Of a DNA stretch of 64,000 nucleotides, positions 12,738 to 24,740 are shown one piece after another. Under the pieces are notes generated by a model, which made no database searches, was not told the origin of the DNA, and saw only the letters and a program-made list of their open reading frames with translations. The translations under genes were made by a program, and so were the position numbers. Source of the DNA: Mobula birostris (lineage: Eukaryota); NCBI RefSeq assembly GCF_030028105.1, contig NC_092374.1, positions 178,894,057-178,958,056 on the forward strand, written 5' to 3'. Within the stretch, counting starts at the first letter, position 1, and every line of letters starts with the position of its first letter.

Positions 12738-13100
12738 AGATTCTGCCAACACTGGAAATCTTGAGAAACACACACAAAATACTGGAGGGACTCAGCAAGT
12801 CAGGCAGCATCTAAGGAGGGGAATGAACAATTGATGTTTCGGGCTGAAACCCTTCATCGTGACTGGAAAGAGGCCAGAGACCAGAATAAGATGTTGGGGG
12901 GTGGGGGGAGAGGGGGAGTTGTACAAGCTGGAAGGTAAGACCAAGTGAGGGGGAGGGTGGAAGGTGGGTCTGGACGATAAAGTGAGAAGCTTGGAGGTGG
13001 TAAGTGGAAGAGGTAAAGGGCTGAAGAAGAGGGAATTGAATAGGAGAGGATAGTGGACCATGGAATAAAGGAAGGAAGAAGGGAACCAGAAGGAGGGTCT
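12738..13100 (-). mobile_element. Penelope-like pLTR fragment with a degenerate hammerhead at 12829-12865
   Basis: Same terminal motif; minus strand reads gtcacgatgaagggtttcagcccgaaacatcaa. Confidence 0.8.
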
Positions 13101-14275
13101 GAGAAATAACTTTTACCATCAAAACTGTGCAGAATACCTCAAGCATGTCTAACAAATGTTTTAGAAAACTGTAATGTGACATCCCTGATGACATATTCTA
13201 TGCCACAGCAAATAAAGATAGCCGAACAGTGGCATATCTAAGGTATGGCAGATATGCCACGTGCCTTGGGCACCACTTGAAGGGGGTGATAAGCACTAGG
13301 ATGGCCTTATTTCAGAGCATTGTGCAAGAAGACCTTGAAATGTTTCTTCACAAAGAGAAGCAAAGTGGAGCTGAAGGATGGAAGAGACGAAAGTTGGAGG
13401 CGGAGGAAGCCAAGAAGTCAAGCAAGTTCTTCATGCCCTTCTTTGAAAAGCCCGGAACAAGTAGTTCGACACGTTCCTTGGACTCGCCTGCACCTGCTAC
13501 AAGTTTGTTAGAATCCGAAGGTGGATCAAGTACAAATGCATCACAAGCCGAGGAGGAAGTCAAGTCAGTTAAATCCGAGTATGACGAAATTAAGAGTGAG
13601 GCTGCCACAGAAGACGTGGACATGACAGGAGGGGAAGACAATGGTGGTGATGATAATGTTGAGTTTATTGACGAGATTTTACCTGATGAGATTGAACCTG
13701 ATGACACTGAATCCAGTGAACTGGATGGTGTCAAAGAGCCTAGAACTGTCATACCAGAAGTGATTGAACAGCCTGACATTGGACTTCTGAAGTTCGACGA
13801 GGATACTGGAAAAGCAATTCTGCCTGACGTGTTGAGAACAAAAATAATAAAGCTGGGTTTGAAGTATTTCCAAGATAGTGAGGGACCTTTCCTACCAACA
13901 AATAACCACTCAATGAACAAAACTTGGTTCAAGAGGAAATTAGGAAATGGTCATGGTGAGGAAGTGACTCACTCATGACTGGTCTATTCCCCTTTTTAAA
14001 AAGTCTGCATTTTGTATCTGTTGTCTTCTCTATTCCTGGTCAGACCATCAATCCTCATTGGAGCAGGAAAGTGGATTCAACCAGTGGAAAGCACCTGAAA
14101 GGAGTGGTGTTCATGAAAATGCCAAGAATCATCGGGAATGCTTCACACAGTGGAAAGAAATGGAAAGAAATTTAGCTGGAAACAGAGGAGCTATTGATGC
14201 GGTATTTCAGTCACAGATTGAGAAGGAGAAGCAGAAGTGGCGTGATATCTTGATGAGAAACCTTCACTGCATAAA

Positions 14276-14862
14276 CACAAAATACTCTGCAGATGCTGGG
14301 GTCAAAGCAACACTCACAACACGCTGGAGGAACTCAGCAGGTCGGGCAGCATCCGTGGAAATGATGAGTTGATGTTTCGGACCAGAACCCTTCATCAGGA
14401 CTGTAGAGGGAAGGGGCAGAGGCCCTATAAAGAAGGTGGGGGGAGGGTGGGAAGGAGAAGGCTGGTAGGTACCAGGTGAAATACCAGTAAGGGGAAAGAT
14501 AAAGGGGTGGGGGAGGGGAAGCAAGAAGGTGATAGGCAGGAAAGGTGAAGAAAGAATAGGGGAAAACACAATCGGTAGTAGAAGGAGGCGGAACCATGAG
14601 GGAGGTGATAGGCAGCTGGGGGAGGGGGCAGAGTGACATTGGGATTTCCGGTAATTCCCTCCCCCTCCCTTCTTTCCCCTTACTGGTTTTTCACCTGGTA
14701 CCTACCAGCCTTCTCCTTCCCACCCTCCCCCCACCTTCTTTATACGGCCTCTGCCCCTTCCCTCTACAGTCGTGACAAAGGGTTCCGGCTCGAAACGTCG
14801 ACTCATCGTTTCCACGGATGCTGCCCGACCTGCTGAGTTCCTCCAGCGTGTTGTGAGTGTTG
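14276..14862 (-). mobile_element. Penelope-derived fold-back element with a 14-bp TSD
   Basis: CTTCACTGCATAAA at 14262-14275 and 14863-14876. Inverted arms at 14308-14499 and 14671-14862. Removing it rejoins the hAT frame (MRNLHC-IKFLRTQ). Confidence 0.92.
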
Positions 14863-15641
14863 CTTCACTGCATAAAATTCCTTAGGACTCAGAACCCGGC
14901 TTTGCGAGGACACAGGGATTCTCTTCAGCTAGACGATGACTCCAACATGGGAAATTTCCTTGGCTTACTGAAACTACTGGCCATCTTTGACCCTGTCATA
15001 AAAAGAACACCTCACTCATCTGAAAGGTTATCCTGGATCCACGTCTTATCTTTCACCCGGCGTCCAAAACAAATTCATCCACATGGTGGCATCCACTGTT
15101 CGCCAGAGTTTACTGAGAAGCATTCGTAAAGCCAAGTACTTTGTACTATGGTCTCATGTTCTACTCGACTCCAGATCAGGCACACCTTGAGCAGATGTTA
15201 AAAGTAGTGAGGTATGTGGAAGTTGATTTTGAGAGGAAAACAGTCCGTGTTAGAGTGTCCTTCCTTGGTTTTATCCAAATAAGCCAGAAGGATGCTGAGG
15301 GCTTGGTTGAAGACATCTTGAAACAGCTAGAGAAGGATGAAATGGAGCTACAAGATTGTCGGCCACTGTGCGATGACAATGCTGATGTGATGGCTGGACA
15401 CGAAGTGGTGTTCATCAAAGAATAACTGAGAAAAACAACCTGGCAGTGTTTGCGAATTGCGGCAATCACTCACTCAACTTGGTGTGTGCACATGCAGTCA
15501 AGCAGGATACAACGATGGTCACGTTTTTTGGAACCATCGAAGCTCTCTACGTGTTTTTCCCCTCGTTCAACACAGCGCTGGGAAAAACTCAAAAACGCCG
15601 TACCTGTGGTCGTTAAGTCAGAGTCCGAAACCAGGTGGAGT

Positions 15642-16489
15642 TGTGACAAGAATACACATAGATTAAGATGTTAGCTGTCCTGTGTGATCAGCAGTTGGTC
15701 TGCCACCTGCCTTCAGGAGAGAGAGAGATAAGGAAAACAATGGAGCAGCATTTGGAGATGTGTAATGAAGGGGAAGGAGAGCTGTCAAGAGCGGCTCCCC
15801 TTTGAACCCTGAACTGTTTGAAGTGATGGACAGGCGATACCCCAGCAGGAGGATAAAAAGGGACAGGTTCGCTAAGGCAGGACACACACGACACCCGAGG
15901 TAACAAGACCCTGGAAGCGGTGCGTCTCTCACAAGTCGGTGGGAAGTACCGGGCCATAAACGCACAGGGTGGAAAAGCACGATCGGCGGGAACCTGGTGT
16001 GTGTCCACCCTTGCCTGGGTGCCAGGTTCACCGCAGGGAAACGATCGCATCTGGAAATGGAGGGGTCACGGTCGGTGACCTCAGATGACATCACAAAGGA
16101 CTCGCCCGACAGCTGACTGCGAAGGTCTGTGTGTGGAAGCCGTTTGAATATTCATTCGTTTTTGCTCTCTCTCTCCTTCCTCCCCCCCCCCCCCCCCCCC
16201 CCACTGTCCATCTCCCACGGCAGCGATTACTGCGAACTGAACTGAACTTTGCGTCACTTTGAAACTGGTCATTTGCCCCTAGACAACGATAGAGCTTGAT
16301 TAATCCTGTTATCCGAATTCTGTGTACATGTGTGTTTATCATTGCTGAACTGTTGCGTTTATTATCCTTTTGATTAGAGTACTGTGTTGCTTGTTTCTTT
16401 AATAAAACTTTCTTAATTCTAGTAATCCAGACTCCAACTGAGTGATCCATTTCTGCTGGTTTGGCAACCCAGTTACGGGGTACGTAACA
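15642..16489 (+). mobile_element. Solo LTR (848 bp, Gypsy- or ERV-type)
   Basis: TGTGACA...CGTAACA termini, 4-bp TSD GAGT (15638-15641 / 16490-16493), TATA-like GATAAAAAG at about 15852 and AATAAA at 16401-16406. Removing it restores the transposase frame TRWS-VRTEAVTSVNK. Confidence 0.92.
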
Positions 16490-17555
16490 GAGTGTAAGGA
16501 CAGAAGCAGTGACGTCTGTCAACAAGTACCTCGGGGAGACTCTTCAAGTTCTCCAGGACATGATAGACAATGAAAACAAGATCAGTGAAACAAGAAGTGA
16601 AGCAACGCAGCTGAACAACCGCATGTTGAGTTACGATTTTCTGATTTTGCTAGAATTTTGGAACAAAGTACTCATTCGCATTGACCGTATTCAAAAGAGG
16701 CTGCAGGATCCTCGCATGATCTTCCACAATACTGCCCTGGATTTGAAAGCCTTCCGAGATCATTTTTATGATGAAAGAGAAGTGTTGGTCAGTAAATCAC
16801 TCGAAGAAGGAGTCGGTCTCGTCAAGAATGGAATAAGTTGAAAGACGTCAGAGACGAAAGAAATGAATGGCTGATGCGAACTCGAGAGACGCTGGGTTAA
16901 CAGCTAAAGAGGACATGGAAAGAGTCACGAAGGGAACACTTGACCGTCTTCACAGATAAATGGACGAAAGGTTCGCTCGTTTGCACGACACTGCGGCCAA
17001 GTTCGGGTTCCTTTTCGATATCGAGGGACTGCGTTACGGCGCCGACAGTAACGACCGAAAGAAGAAGTGCGAAGATTTGGGCGATTTGTACAGATCTGAT
17101 GTTGATGGACAGCAGCTATATGAAGAAATTTTGGATTGCAGAATGTTGCTATCAAGGCAGGTCAACATGAAAATATCAAGACCTGAAGAGCTTCTTGAAT
17201 TTATTGTTCAGTATGGAGATGACAGCGTCTTCCCCAATCCTCGCGTTGCTATTCAGATAATGCTAACCATCGCAGTTTCCATCGCCAGCTGTGAGAGATC
17301 ATTCAGCAAGTTAGGACCAATACTTTCATATTTGAGAGCCTCCATGGGTCAAGGCAGACTCTGTGATCTTGCTCTGCTGAGTGTAGAAAGAGAAGAAACT
17401 GAAAAAAACTGACTTTGATCACGTCATAGACCAATTTGCATCAGTGAAAGCAAGGAAGGTGCGGTTATAATTTTCATGTAGTGCCATAATTTGCTAATTA
17501 AAAGATTAATGAGCTTGACGTATTTTTGAGCTGATATTATGGTAAAGTTATCTAA

Positions 17556-17896
17556 AGGATGGGTGTAGTACATTCAGCCAGAGACTCATTCCTCCGAGAT
17601 GCAGCACAGAGCGTCATAGAAGGTCATTCCTGCCTGTGGCCATCAAACTTTACAACTCCTCGGAGAGTCAGACACCCTGAGCCAATAGGTTGGTCCTGGA
17701 CTTATTTTATAATTTACTGGCATAATTTACATATTACTATTTAACTATTTATTACTATTTTTCTATTACTATTTATTATTTCCATGACTATTACTATTAA
17801 TATTACTATTACGATTTCTATTACTATTTATTATTTATGGTGCAACTGTAACGAAAACCAATTTCCCCCAAGATCAATAAAGTATGACTATGACTA
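17556..17896 (+). mobile_element. Rex1-like LINE 3' end inserted in the hAT 3' subterminal region
   Basis: RCSTERHRRSFLPVAIKLYNS C-terminus, AT-rich 3' UTR and caataaagtatgactatgact tail. Confidence 0.75.
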
Positions 17897-18449
17897 TTGT
17901 TCAGGGGCACAATTTCAGTGCTTGCCATAGGCGCTATTTTCCATAGATACCTCCCTGCAGTCAAAAGACATTGACCTCCCTCAACACCCTATCAATCAGT
18001 GATGCCATGTTCAAAGATTCCTGGAAATATCCCAAGCTTTCTTTGTCAACCAACCAACCATAGTCTTACAATTTACTTTCCATGCCCTACTTTTGTTTGC
18101 CCTCCATAGATGTTACATGACTTTATGAGTTCCTCCAGCATTTTGTGCATGTTGCTCAATATTTCCAACACCTGCAGAACCTCGTGTATCTGTCCAAATG
18201 TCTTATAAATGTAATGTGCACCACTGCCTCTGGCAGTTCATTTTAGATAGCCCTACCCATTTGAATGGAAAATCTTGACCCTCAAATCCCATTTAACATT
18301 CCCCACTCTCACCTTAAATATACGCTCTCAGGTTCTAAACTGCCCTGTCCTGGGAAAGGGACTCTGTCTATTATCTAAATAGGACTATCTGTCCTATTTT
18401 TGTATCTCACAAACTTATAAACCATACAATGTTCCTCCTATGTTTTAGT

Positions 18450-19420
18450 GAGAGTCAGAATCAGGTTTATTATCAGCAAAGTATGTCATGAAATTTGAGC
18501 AGTCGTACTCTGCAAGACATAGAAGTAATTAAATTTTTACAAAAAATACAATAAATAGTGCGGAAGAGGAATAGCAAAGTAGTGTTCATAGACCATTCAG
18601 AAATCTGATGGTGGGGGACTGAATAAGTTTTAAAAACATTGACTGTGGGTCTTCAAGCTCCTGTACCTCCTCCCTGATAGCAGTAATCAGAAGAAGGCAT
18701 GTCGCCCTTAATAATGAATGCCGCCTTTCTTGAGGCACTGACTTTTGAGGGTGTACTCGATGGTAGGGAGGCATGTGGCCATGCTGGAGCTGGGTGAGTC
18801 TCCAACCTCCTGCAGCATCTTTTCATCCTGTACATTGGATCCTCCATACCAACCGATAATGCAAATAGTCTGAATGCTGTCCATGATACATCTGTAGAGA
18901 TCTGCAGATGATACACCAAATCTCCTCAAATCCTTAATGGAGTGTAGTTACTGCTGTGCCTTCTACATGATTGCATCAATATTTTTGGCTCAGGATAGAT
19001 CCCCTGAGATGTTGATGTTCAGTAAGTTGAAGCTGTTCACCCTTTCTAACACTGACTTCTCAATGGGGATTGGTATGTGTTCTCGTGACTTCAGCTTCCT
19101 GAAGTCTGCAATCAACTCCTTGTTCTTGCTGAATTTGAGTGCGAGATTGTTATTGTGACACCACTCAACCAGCTGATCCATCTCATTTTGTCTGCCTCTT
19201 TGTCACCATTTGGAATTCTGCCCACAATAGTGGTGTCATTGATGAATTTATTGATGGTGTTTGAGCTGTCTCAACAAACAGTCATGATGTAGAAACAGTA
19301 GAGTAGTGGGCTAAGCACCCATCCTTGAGGTTGTGCCAGTGAGAAGGAGATTTTATTACCAATCCAAACTGACTGTGGTTTCCTGTAAGGAGTCATGAAT
19401 CTGGTTGCAGGAAGAGGTAC
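18450..19420 (-). mobile_element. Rex1/Babar-like LINE fragment
   Basis: ORFs QPQGWVLSPLLY, MDQLVEWCHNNNLALKFSKNKELIADFRK and C-terminal IKD..H.......RRYR-like pieces; tail gattctgactc at about 18455. Confidence 0.85.
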
Positions 19421-20590
19421 AGAGACCCAGGTTTCAATAGGTACATTTAATGTTAGAGAAATGTATACAATATACATCCTGAAATTCTTTTTCTTCGCAG
19501 ACATCCCCGAAAACAGAGGAGTGTCCCAAAGAATTAATGACAATTAAATCTTAGAACCCCAAAGCCCCCCATCTCCCCCTCCCACACATAAGCAGCAGCA
19601 AAGCGATGGTCCCCCCACTAGCAAAAAGGCATCTGCACCTCCCACTAAGCACTCAAACATGCAGCAAAGCTTCAATGAAGCCACAAACTTGCAGTACACC
19701 AAAGACTACTTGTTCATCTGGTAATTTGACATACTACAGCAGCCTGATGTAAGTATTGTCATTGATCAGGTGCTCCAAAGTCAAATGGAGAGCCAGTGAG
19801 ATTGTGTCTGCTGCAGATCTGTTGTGGTGATAGGCAATTGCATGTCCTTGCTCATATATGAGTTAATTCTAGTCATAACCAAAGTTCAAAATTCAAAGTA
19901 AATTTATTATCAAAGAACATACATGTCACCAAATAAAAGATTGAGTTGGTGTTCACTTTAAGACCATAAGCTATGGGAGCAGAATTAGGCCATTTAGCTC
20001 ATTGAGTCTTCTCCACAATTTCATCATGGCTAATTCTTTTCCCTCTCAGCCCCAATCTCTTGACTTCTCCCCGTATCTTATCCCTTCATGCTCTGACCAG
20101 TCAAGAATCTGTCAATCTCTGCTTTAAATATACATAAAGACTTGGCCTCCACAGCTACCTGTAACAATGAATTCCACAGATTCACCATTCTCTGGCTCAA
20201 GAAATTCCTCCTCATCTCCATTCTAAAAGGATGCTCAGTTATTCCTCTGCTCCTAGACTCCACCATAGAAAACATCCGCTCCACATCTACTCTATTAGGG
20301 CCTTTCATCATTCAGTAAGTTTCAATTAGGTCAGCTCTCATTCTTCTGAATTCCAGTGAATAAAGGCCCAGGGCCTTCAAACGCTCTTCATATGACAAGC
20401 CAATCAGTCTTGGAATCACTTTCATGAATCTCCTTTAATCCATCTCCAGTGTTAGCACATCTTTTCATAAGGGGCCCAAGTCTGTTCACAATAATCCAAG
20501 TGAGGCCTCACCAGTGCCTTATAAAGCCTCAACATTACATCCTTGTTTTTATATTCTAATCCTTTCAAAATAAATGCTAACATTGCATTC

Positions 20591-22324
20591 ATAGAACATA
20601 GAACATAGAATAGTACAGCACAGTACAGGCCCTTCGGCCCACAATGTTGTGCTGACCCTCAAACCCTGCCTCCCATATAAGCCCCCACCTTAAATTCCTT
20701 CAGATACCTGTCTAGTAGTCTTTTAAACTTCACTAGTGTATCTGCCTCCGCCACTGACTCAGGCAGTGCGTTCCACGCACCAACCACTCTCTGAGTAAAA
20801 AAACTTCCTCTAATATACCCCTTGAACTTCCCACCCCTTACCTTAAAGCCATGTCCTCTTGTATTGAGCAGTGCTGCCCTGGGGAAGAGGCACTGGCTAT
20901 CCACTCTATCTAATCCTCTTATTATCTTGTACACCTCTATCATGTCTCCTCTTATCCTCCTTCTCTCCAAAGAGTAAAGCCCTAGCTCCCTTAATCTCTG
21001 ATCATAATGCATACTCTCTAAACCAGGCAGCATCCTGGTAAATCTCCTCTGTACCCTTTCCAATGCTAACACATCCTTCCTATAGTGAGGCGACCAGAAC
21101 CGGACACAGTACTCCAAGTGTGGCCTAACCAGAGTTTTATAGAGCTGCGTCATTACACCGCGACTCTTAAACTCTATCCCTCGACTTATGAAAGCTAACA
21201 CCTCATAAGCTTTCTTAACTACCCTATCCACCTGTGAGGCAACTTTCAGGGATCTGCGGACATGTACCCTGAGATCCCTCTGTTCCTCCACACTACCAAG
21301 TATCCTGCCATTTACTTTGTGCTCTGCCTTGGAGTTTGTCCTTCCAAAGTGTACCACCTCACACTTCTCCGGGTTGAACTCCATCTGCCACTTCTCAGCC
21401 CACTTCTGCATCCTATCAATGTCTCTCTGCAATCTTCGACAATCCTCTACACTATCTACAACACCACCAACCTTTCTGTCGTCTGCAAACTTGCCAACCC
21501 ACCCCTCTACCCCCACATCCAGGTCATTAATAAAAATCACGAGAAGTAGAGTACCCAGAACAGATCCTTGTGGGACATCACGAGTCACAATCCTCTAATC
21601 TGAATGTACTCCCTCCGCCATGACCCTCCGCCTTCTGCAGGCAAGCCAATTCTGAATCCACCTGGCCAAACTTTGCTGGATCCCATTCCATAAGCCTACT
21701 GTGTGGAACCTTGTCAAATGCCTTACTAAAATCCATACAGATCACATCCACTGCACTACCTTCATCTATATGCCTGGTCCCCTCCTCAAAGAACTCTATC
21801 AGGCTTGTTAGACATGATCTGTCCTTCACAAAGCCATGCTGACTGTCCCTGATCAGACCATGATTCTCTAAATGCCCAGAGATCCTATCTCTAAGAATCT
21901 TTTCCAACAGTTTTCCCACCACAAACGTAAGGTTCACTGGTCTATAGTTACCCGGACTATCCCTATGACCTTTTTTGAACAAAGGGACAACACTCACCTC
22001 CCTCCACTCCTCCGGTACCATTCCCGTGGACAACGAGGACATAAAGATCCTAGCCAGAGGCTCAGCAATCTCTTCCCTCGCCTCGTGGAGCAGCCTGGGG
22101 AATATTCCGTCAGGCCCCGGGGACTTATCCGTCCTAATGTATTTTAACAACTCCAACACCTCCTCTCCCTTAATATCAACATGCTCCAGAACATCAACCT
22201 CACTCATATTGTCCTCACCATCATCAAGTTCCCGCTCATTGGTGAATACTGAAGAGAAGTGTTCATTGAGGATCTTGCTCACTTAATACCGAAGAGAAGT
22301 ATTCATTGAGGACTTCGCTCACTT
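20591..22324 (-). mobile_element. Younger 5'-truncated CR1 LINE
   Basis: Long ORFs 21578-22282 (234 aa) and 20659-21588 (309 aa; VPQGSVLG, FADD motif) with one frameshift; (ctatgtt)n tail at 20591-20612. Confidence 0.95.
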
Positions 22325-23363
22325 ACTCAACTTGTAAATTAACCTTTAGAGAATTCTGTACGAGGACTCCCACATCCCTTTGCACATCAGATTTTTGAAT
22401 TTTCTCTCCATTTAGAATTTCTGTCCTTTTATTTCCTGTACCAAAGTGCATAGCCATACACTTCCTGACAATGTATTCCATTTGCCACTTCTTTCTGCAT
22501 TCTCTTAATCTGTCTGAGTCCTTCTGCAGCCTCTCTACTTCCTCAGAACTACATGCCCCACCACCTATCTTCATATCATCCACTAACTTTGCAACAAAGC
22601 CATTAATTTTGTCATCTAAGTCATTGACATATGACATAAAAAGAAGCAGTCCCAACTCACAGACCCCTGTGGAACACCACTAGTCACCAGCAGCCAGCTA
22701 GAAAGGCTCCCTTTAGTTCCACTCTCTGCCTCCTGCCAATCAGCCACTAACTTATCCATGCTATTATCTTTCCTGTAATACCATGAGCTCTTAACTTGTT
22801 AAGCAGCCGCATGTATGGCACCTTGTCAAAGACCTTCTGAAAATCCAAGTACACAACAACAACTGATTCAAATTTATCTATCCTGCTTGATGGTTCTTCA
22901 AAGAATTCCAACAGATTTGCAGATTTCCAGATTTCCTTGAGGAAACCATGCTGACTACAGCTTATTTTACCATGTGCCTCCAAGTGCTCCAAAACCACAA
23001 CCTTAATAATCAACACCAGCATTTTCCCAACCACTGCGGTCAGGATAACTGGCCTATAATTTCCTTTCTTCTCCTATTTCTGGAAGAGTGGAGGGACATT
23101 TGCAATTTTTCAGTTTTCCGGAACCATTCCAGAGTCTCCAGTTCTTCAAAAGATCATTACTAATGCCTCCGCAGTCTCTTCAGCCACCTTTTTCAACCTT
23201 GGGGTGTACAGCATCTGGTCCAGGTGACTTATCTACCTTCAGACCTTTCAGTTTCCCAAGAACCTTCTCCCTAGTAATAGCAACTTCAAACACTACTGAC
23301 CTTTGACACTCTCAAACTTCCGGCATACTGCTCGTGTCTTCCACAGTGAAGACTGATGCAAAA

Positions 23364-23611
23364 TTATTCACTCAGAGAGTGGTGAATTTGTGGAATTCTC
23401 TGCCACAGGAAACAGTTGAGGCCAGTTCATTGGCTATATTTAAGAGGGAGTTAGATATGGCCCTTGTGGCTACGGGGGTCAGGGGGTATGGAGGGAAGGC
23501 TGGGGCGGGGTTCTGAGTTGGATGATCAGCCATGATCATAATAAATGGCGGTGCAGGCTTGAAGGGCCGAATGGCCTACTCCTGCACCTATTTTCTATGT
23601 TTCTATGTTTC
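23364..23611 (+). mobile_element. Short CR1 3' end inserted in opposite orientation in the older CR1
   Basis: LFTQRVVNLWNSLPQ...; tail ttctatgtttctatgtttct. Confidence 0.9.
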
Positions 23612-24094
23612 TAAAATATTTATACAGTTTATCCGTCACTTTCTTGTTCTACATCACTACCTCTCCAGTATCATTTTCCAATGGTCCAATATCCACTCTT
23701 GCACCTATTTTACACTTTTTGTATCGGAAGAAACTTTGGTATTTTCTTTGATTAGCTAGCTTACTTTTATATTCCATCTTTTCATTCCGAATGACTTTTT
23801 CAGTTGGTTTCTCAAAGCTTCCGAATTCTCTAACTTCCTGCTAATTTTTTGACCTATTATACACCCTTTCTGGCTTTTATGTTGGCTTTGACTTCTCTTG
23901 TTAGCCATGGTTGAGTCTTGACTTTCAGGTACTAATTCTCTTTGGGATGCATATATCCTGTGCCTTCTAAATAGCTTCCAGAAATTCCAGCCATTGCAGT
24001 TCTGCTGTCATCCCTGCCAGTGTTCTTTTCTAATCAATTCAGGGAACCTAGGGTTCCTCTCCTGTGTGATGTCTGAACCGGTCTCCCTCGCTTC

Positions 24095-24740
24095 GGACAG
24101 AGCGCAGTTGTTCAGCAAAACGATCTCCCAGTCTGCGTCGGGTCTCGCCAGGAAAAAGCAGGATCTCCCAGTGGCCACACATTTTAATCCCACATCCCAT
24201 TCCCATTCTGACATGTCTATCCACAGCCTACTGTAAAGATGAAGCCACACTCAGGTTGGAGGAACAACACCTTATATTCCATCTGGGTAGCCTCCAACCT
24301 GATGGCATGAACATTGACTTCTCAAACTTCCGCTAATGCCCCACCTCCCCCTTGTACCCCATCCATTATTTATTTATATACATACATTCTTTCTCTCTCT
24401 CTCCTTTTTCTCCCTCTCATGCCCATCCTCTGGGCCCCCCCTCCCCCTTTTCCTTCTCCCTGGGCCTCCTGTCCTATGATCCTCTCATATCCCTTTTGCC
24501 AATCACCTGCCCAGCTCTTGGCTCCATCCCTCCCCCTCCTGTCTTCTCCTATCATTTTGGATCTCCCCCTCCCCCTCCCACTTTCAAATCTCTTCCTTCA
24601 GTTAGTCCTGACGAAGGGTCTTGGCCCGAAACGTCGACTGTACCTCTTCCTAGAGATGCTGCCTGGCCTGCTGCGTTCACCAGCAACTTTGACGTGTGTT
24701 GCTTGAATTTCCAGCATCTGCAGAATTCCTCGTGTTTGCG
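24095..24740 (+). mobile_element. 5'-truncated Penelope-like element (GIY-YIG C-terminus plus pLTR) with a short 5' inversion
   Basis: KQDLPVATHFN..SHSHSDMSIH..KDEATLRLEEQHLIF matches the 31.5-31.7 kb PLE. About 24095-24141 is antisense ORF sequence. Confidence 0.9.
24604..24639 (+). ncRNA. Minimal type-I hammerhead ribozyme motif, intact core
   Basis: agtc CTGACGA a GGGT-cttg-GCCC GAAAC GTC gact: stem I agtc/gact, stem II, GAAA and GUC triplet (predicted cleavage after 24635). Activity not demonstrated. Confidence 0.85.

Larger units (their letters stand above)
13227..17957 (+). mobile_element. hAT DNA transposon (TTF-type zinc finger / DUF4371 / hAT dimerisation, ZMYM1-like transposase), disrupted, with three nested insertions
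   Basis: Transposase pieces: MFLHKEKQSGAE (13339), WLVYS..K.AFC..C, FLRTQNPALRGHRD..GNFLGLLKLLA, DSTPD, ETRWS|VRTEAV, and IAVSIASCERSFSKL (to 17412). Imperfect TIRs cagtggcatatcta / tagatacctccctg (10/14). Flanks tagccgaa / cagtcaaa differ only by 3 transitions, consistent with a decayed 8-bp TSD. Confidence 0.9.
19960..24045 (-). mobile_element. Older CR1 LINE (ORF2 RT region), interrupted by younger CR1 insertions
   Basis: ORFs 20078-20311, 22323-22655 and 22747-23034 are collinear CR1 ORF2 pieces (SQHGF...VVYLDFQKVFDKVP, YVNDLDD). Confidence 0.9.

Noticed and set aside
13229-13978. 249-aa acidic ORF as a host gene
   Set aside because: Starts inside the hAT TIR and continues past a TGA (for TGG) into the TTF zinc finger. 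It is the dead transposase N-terminus.
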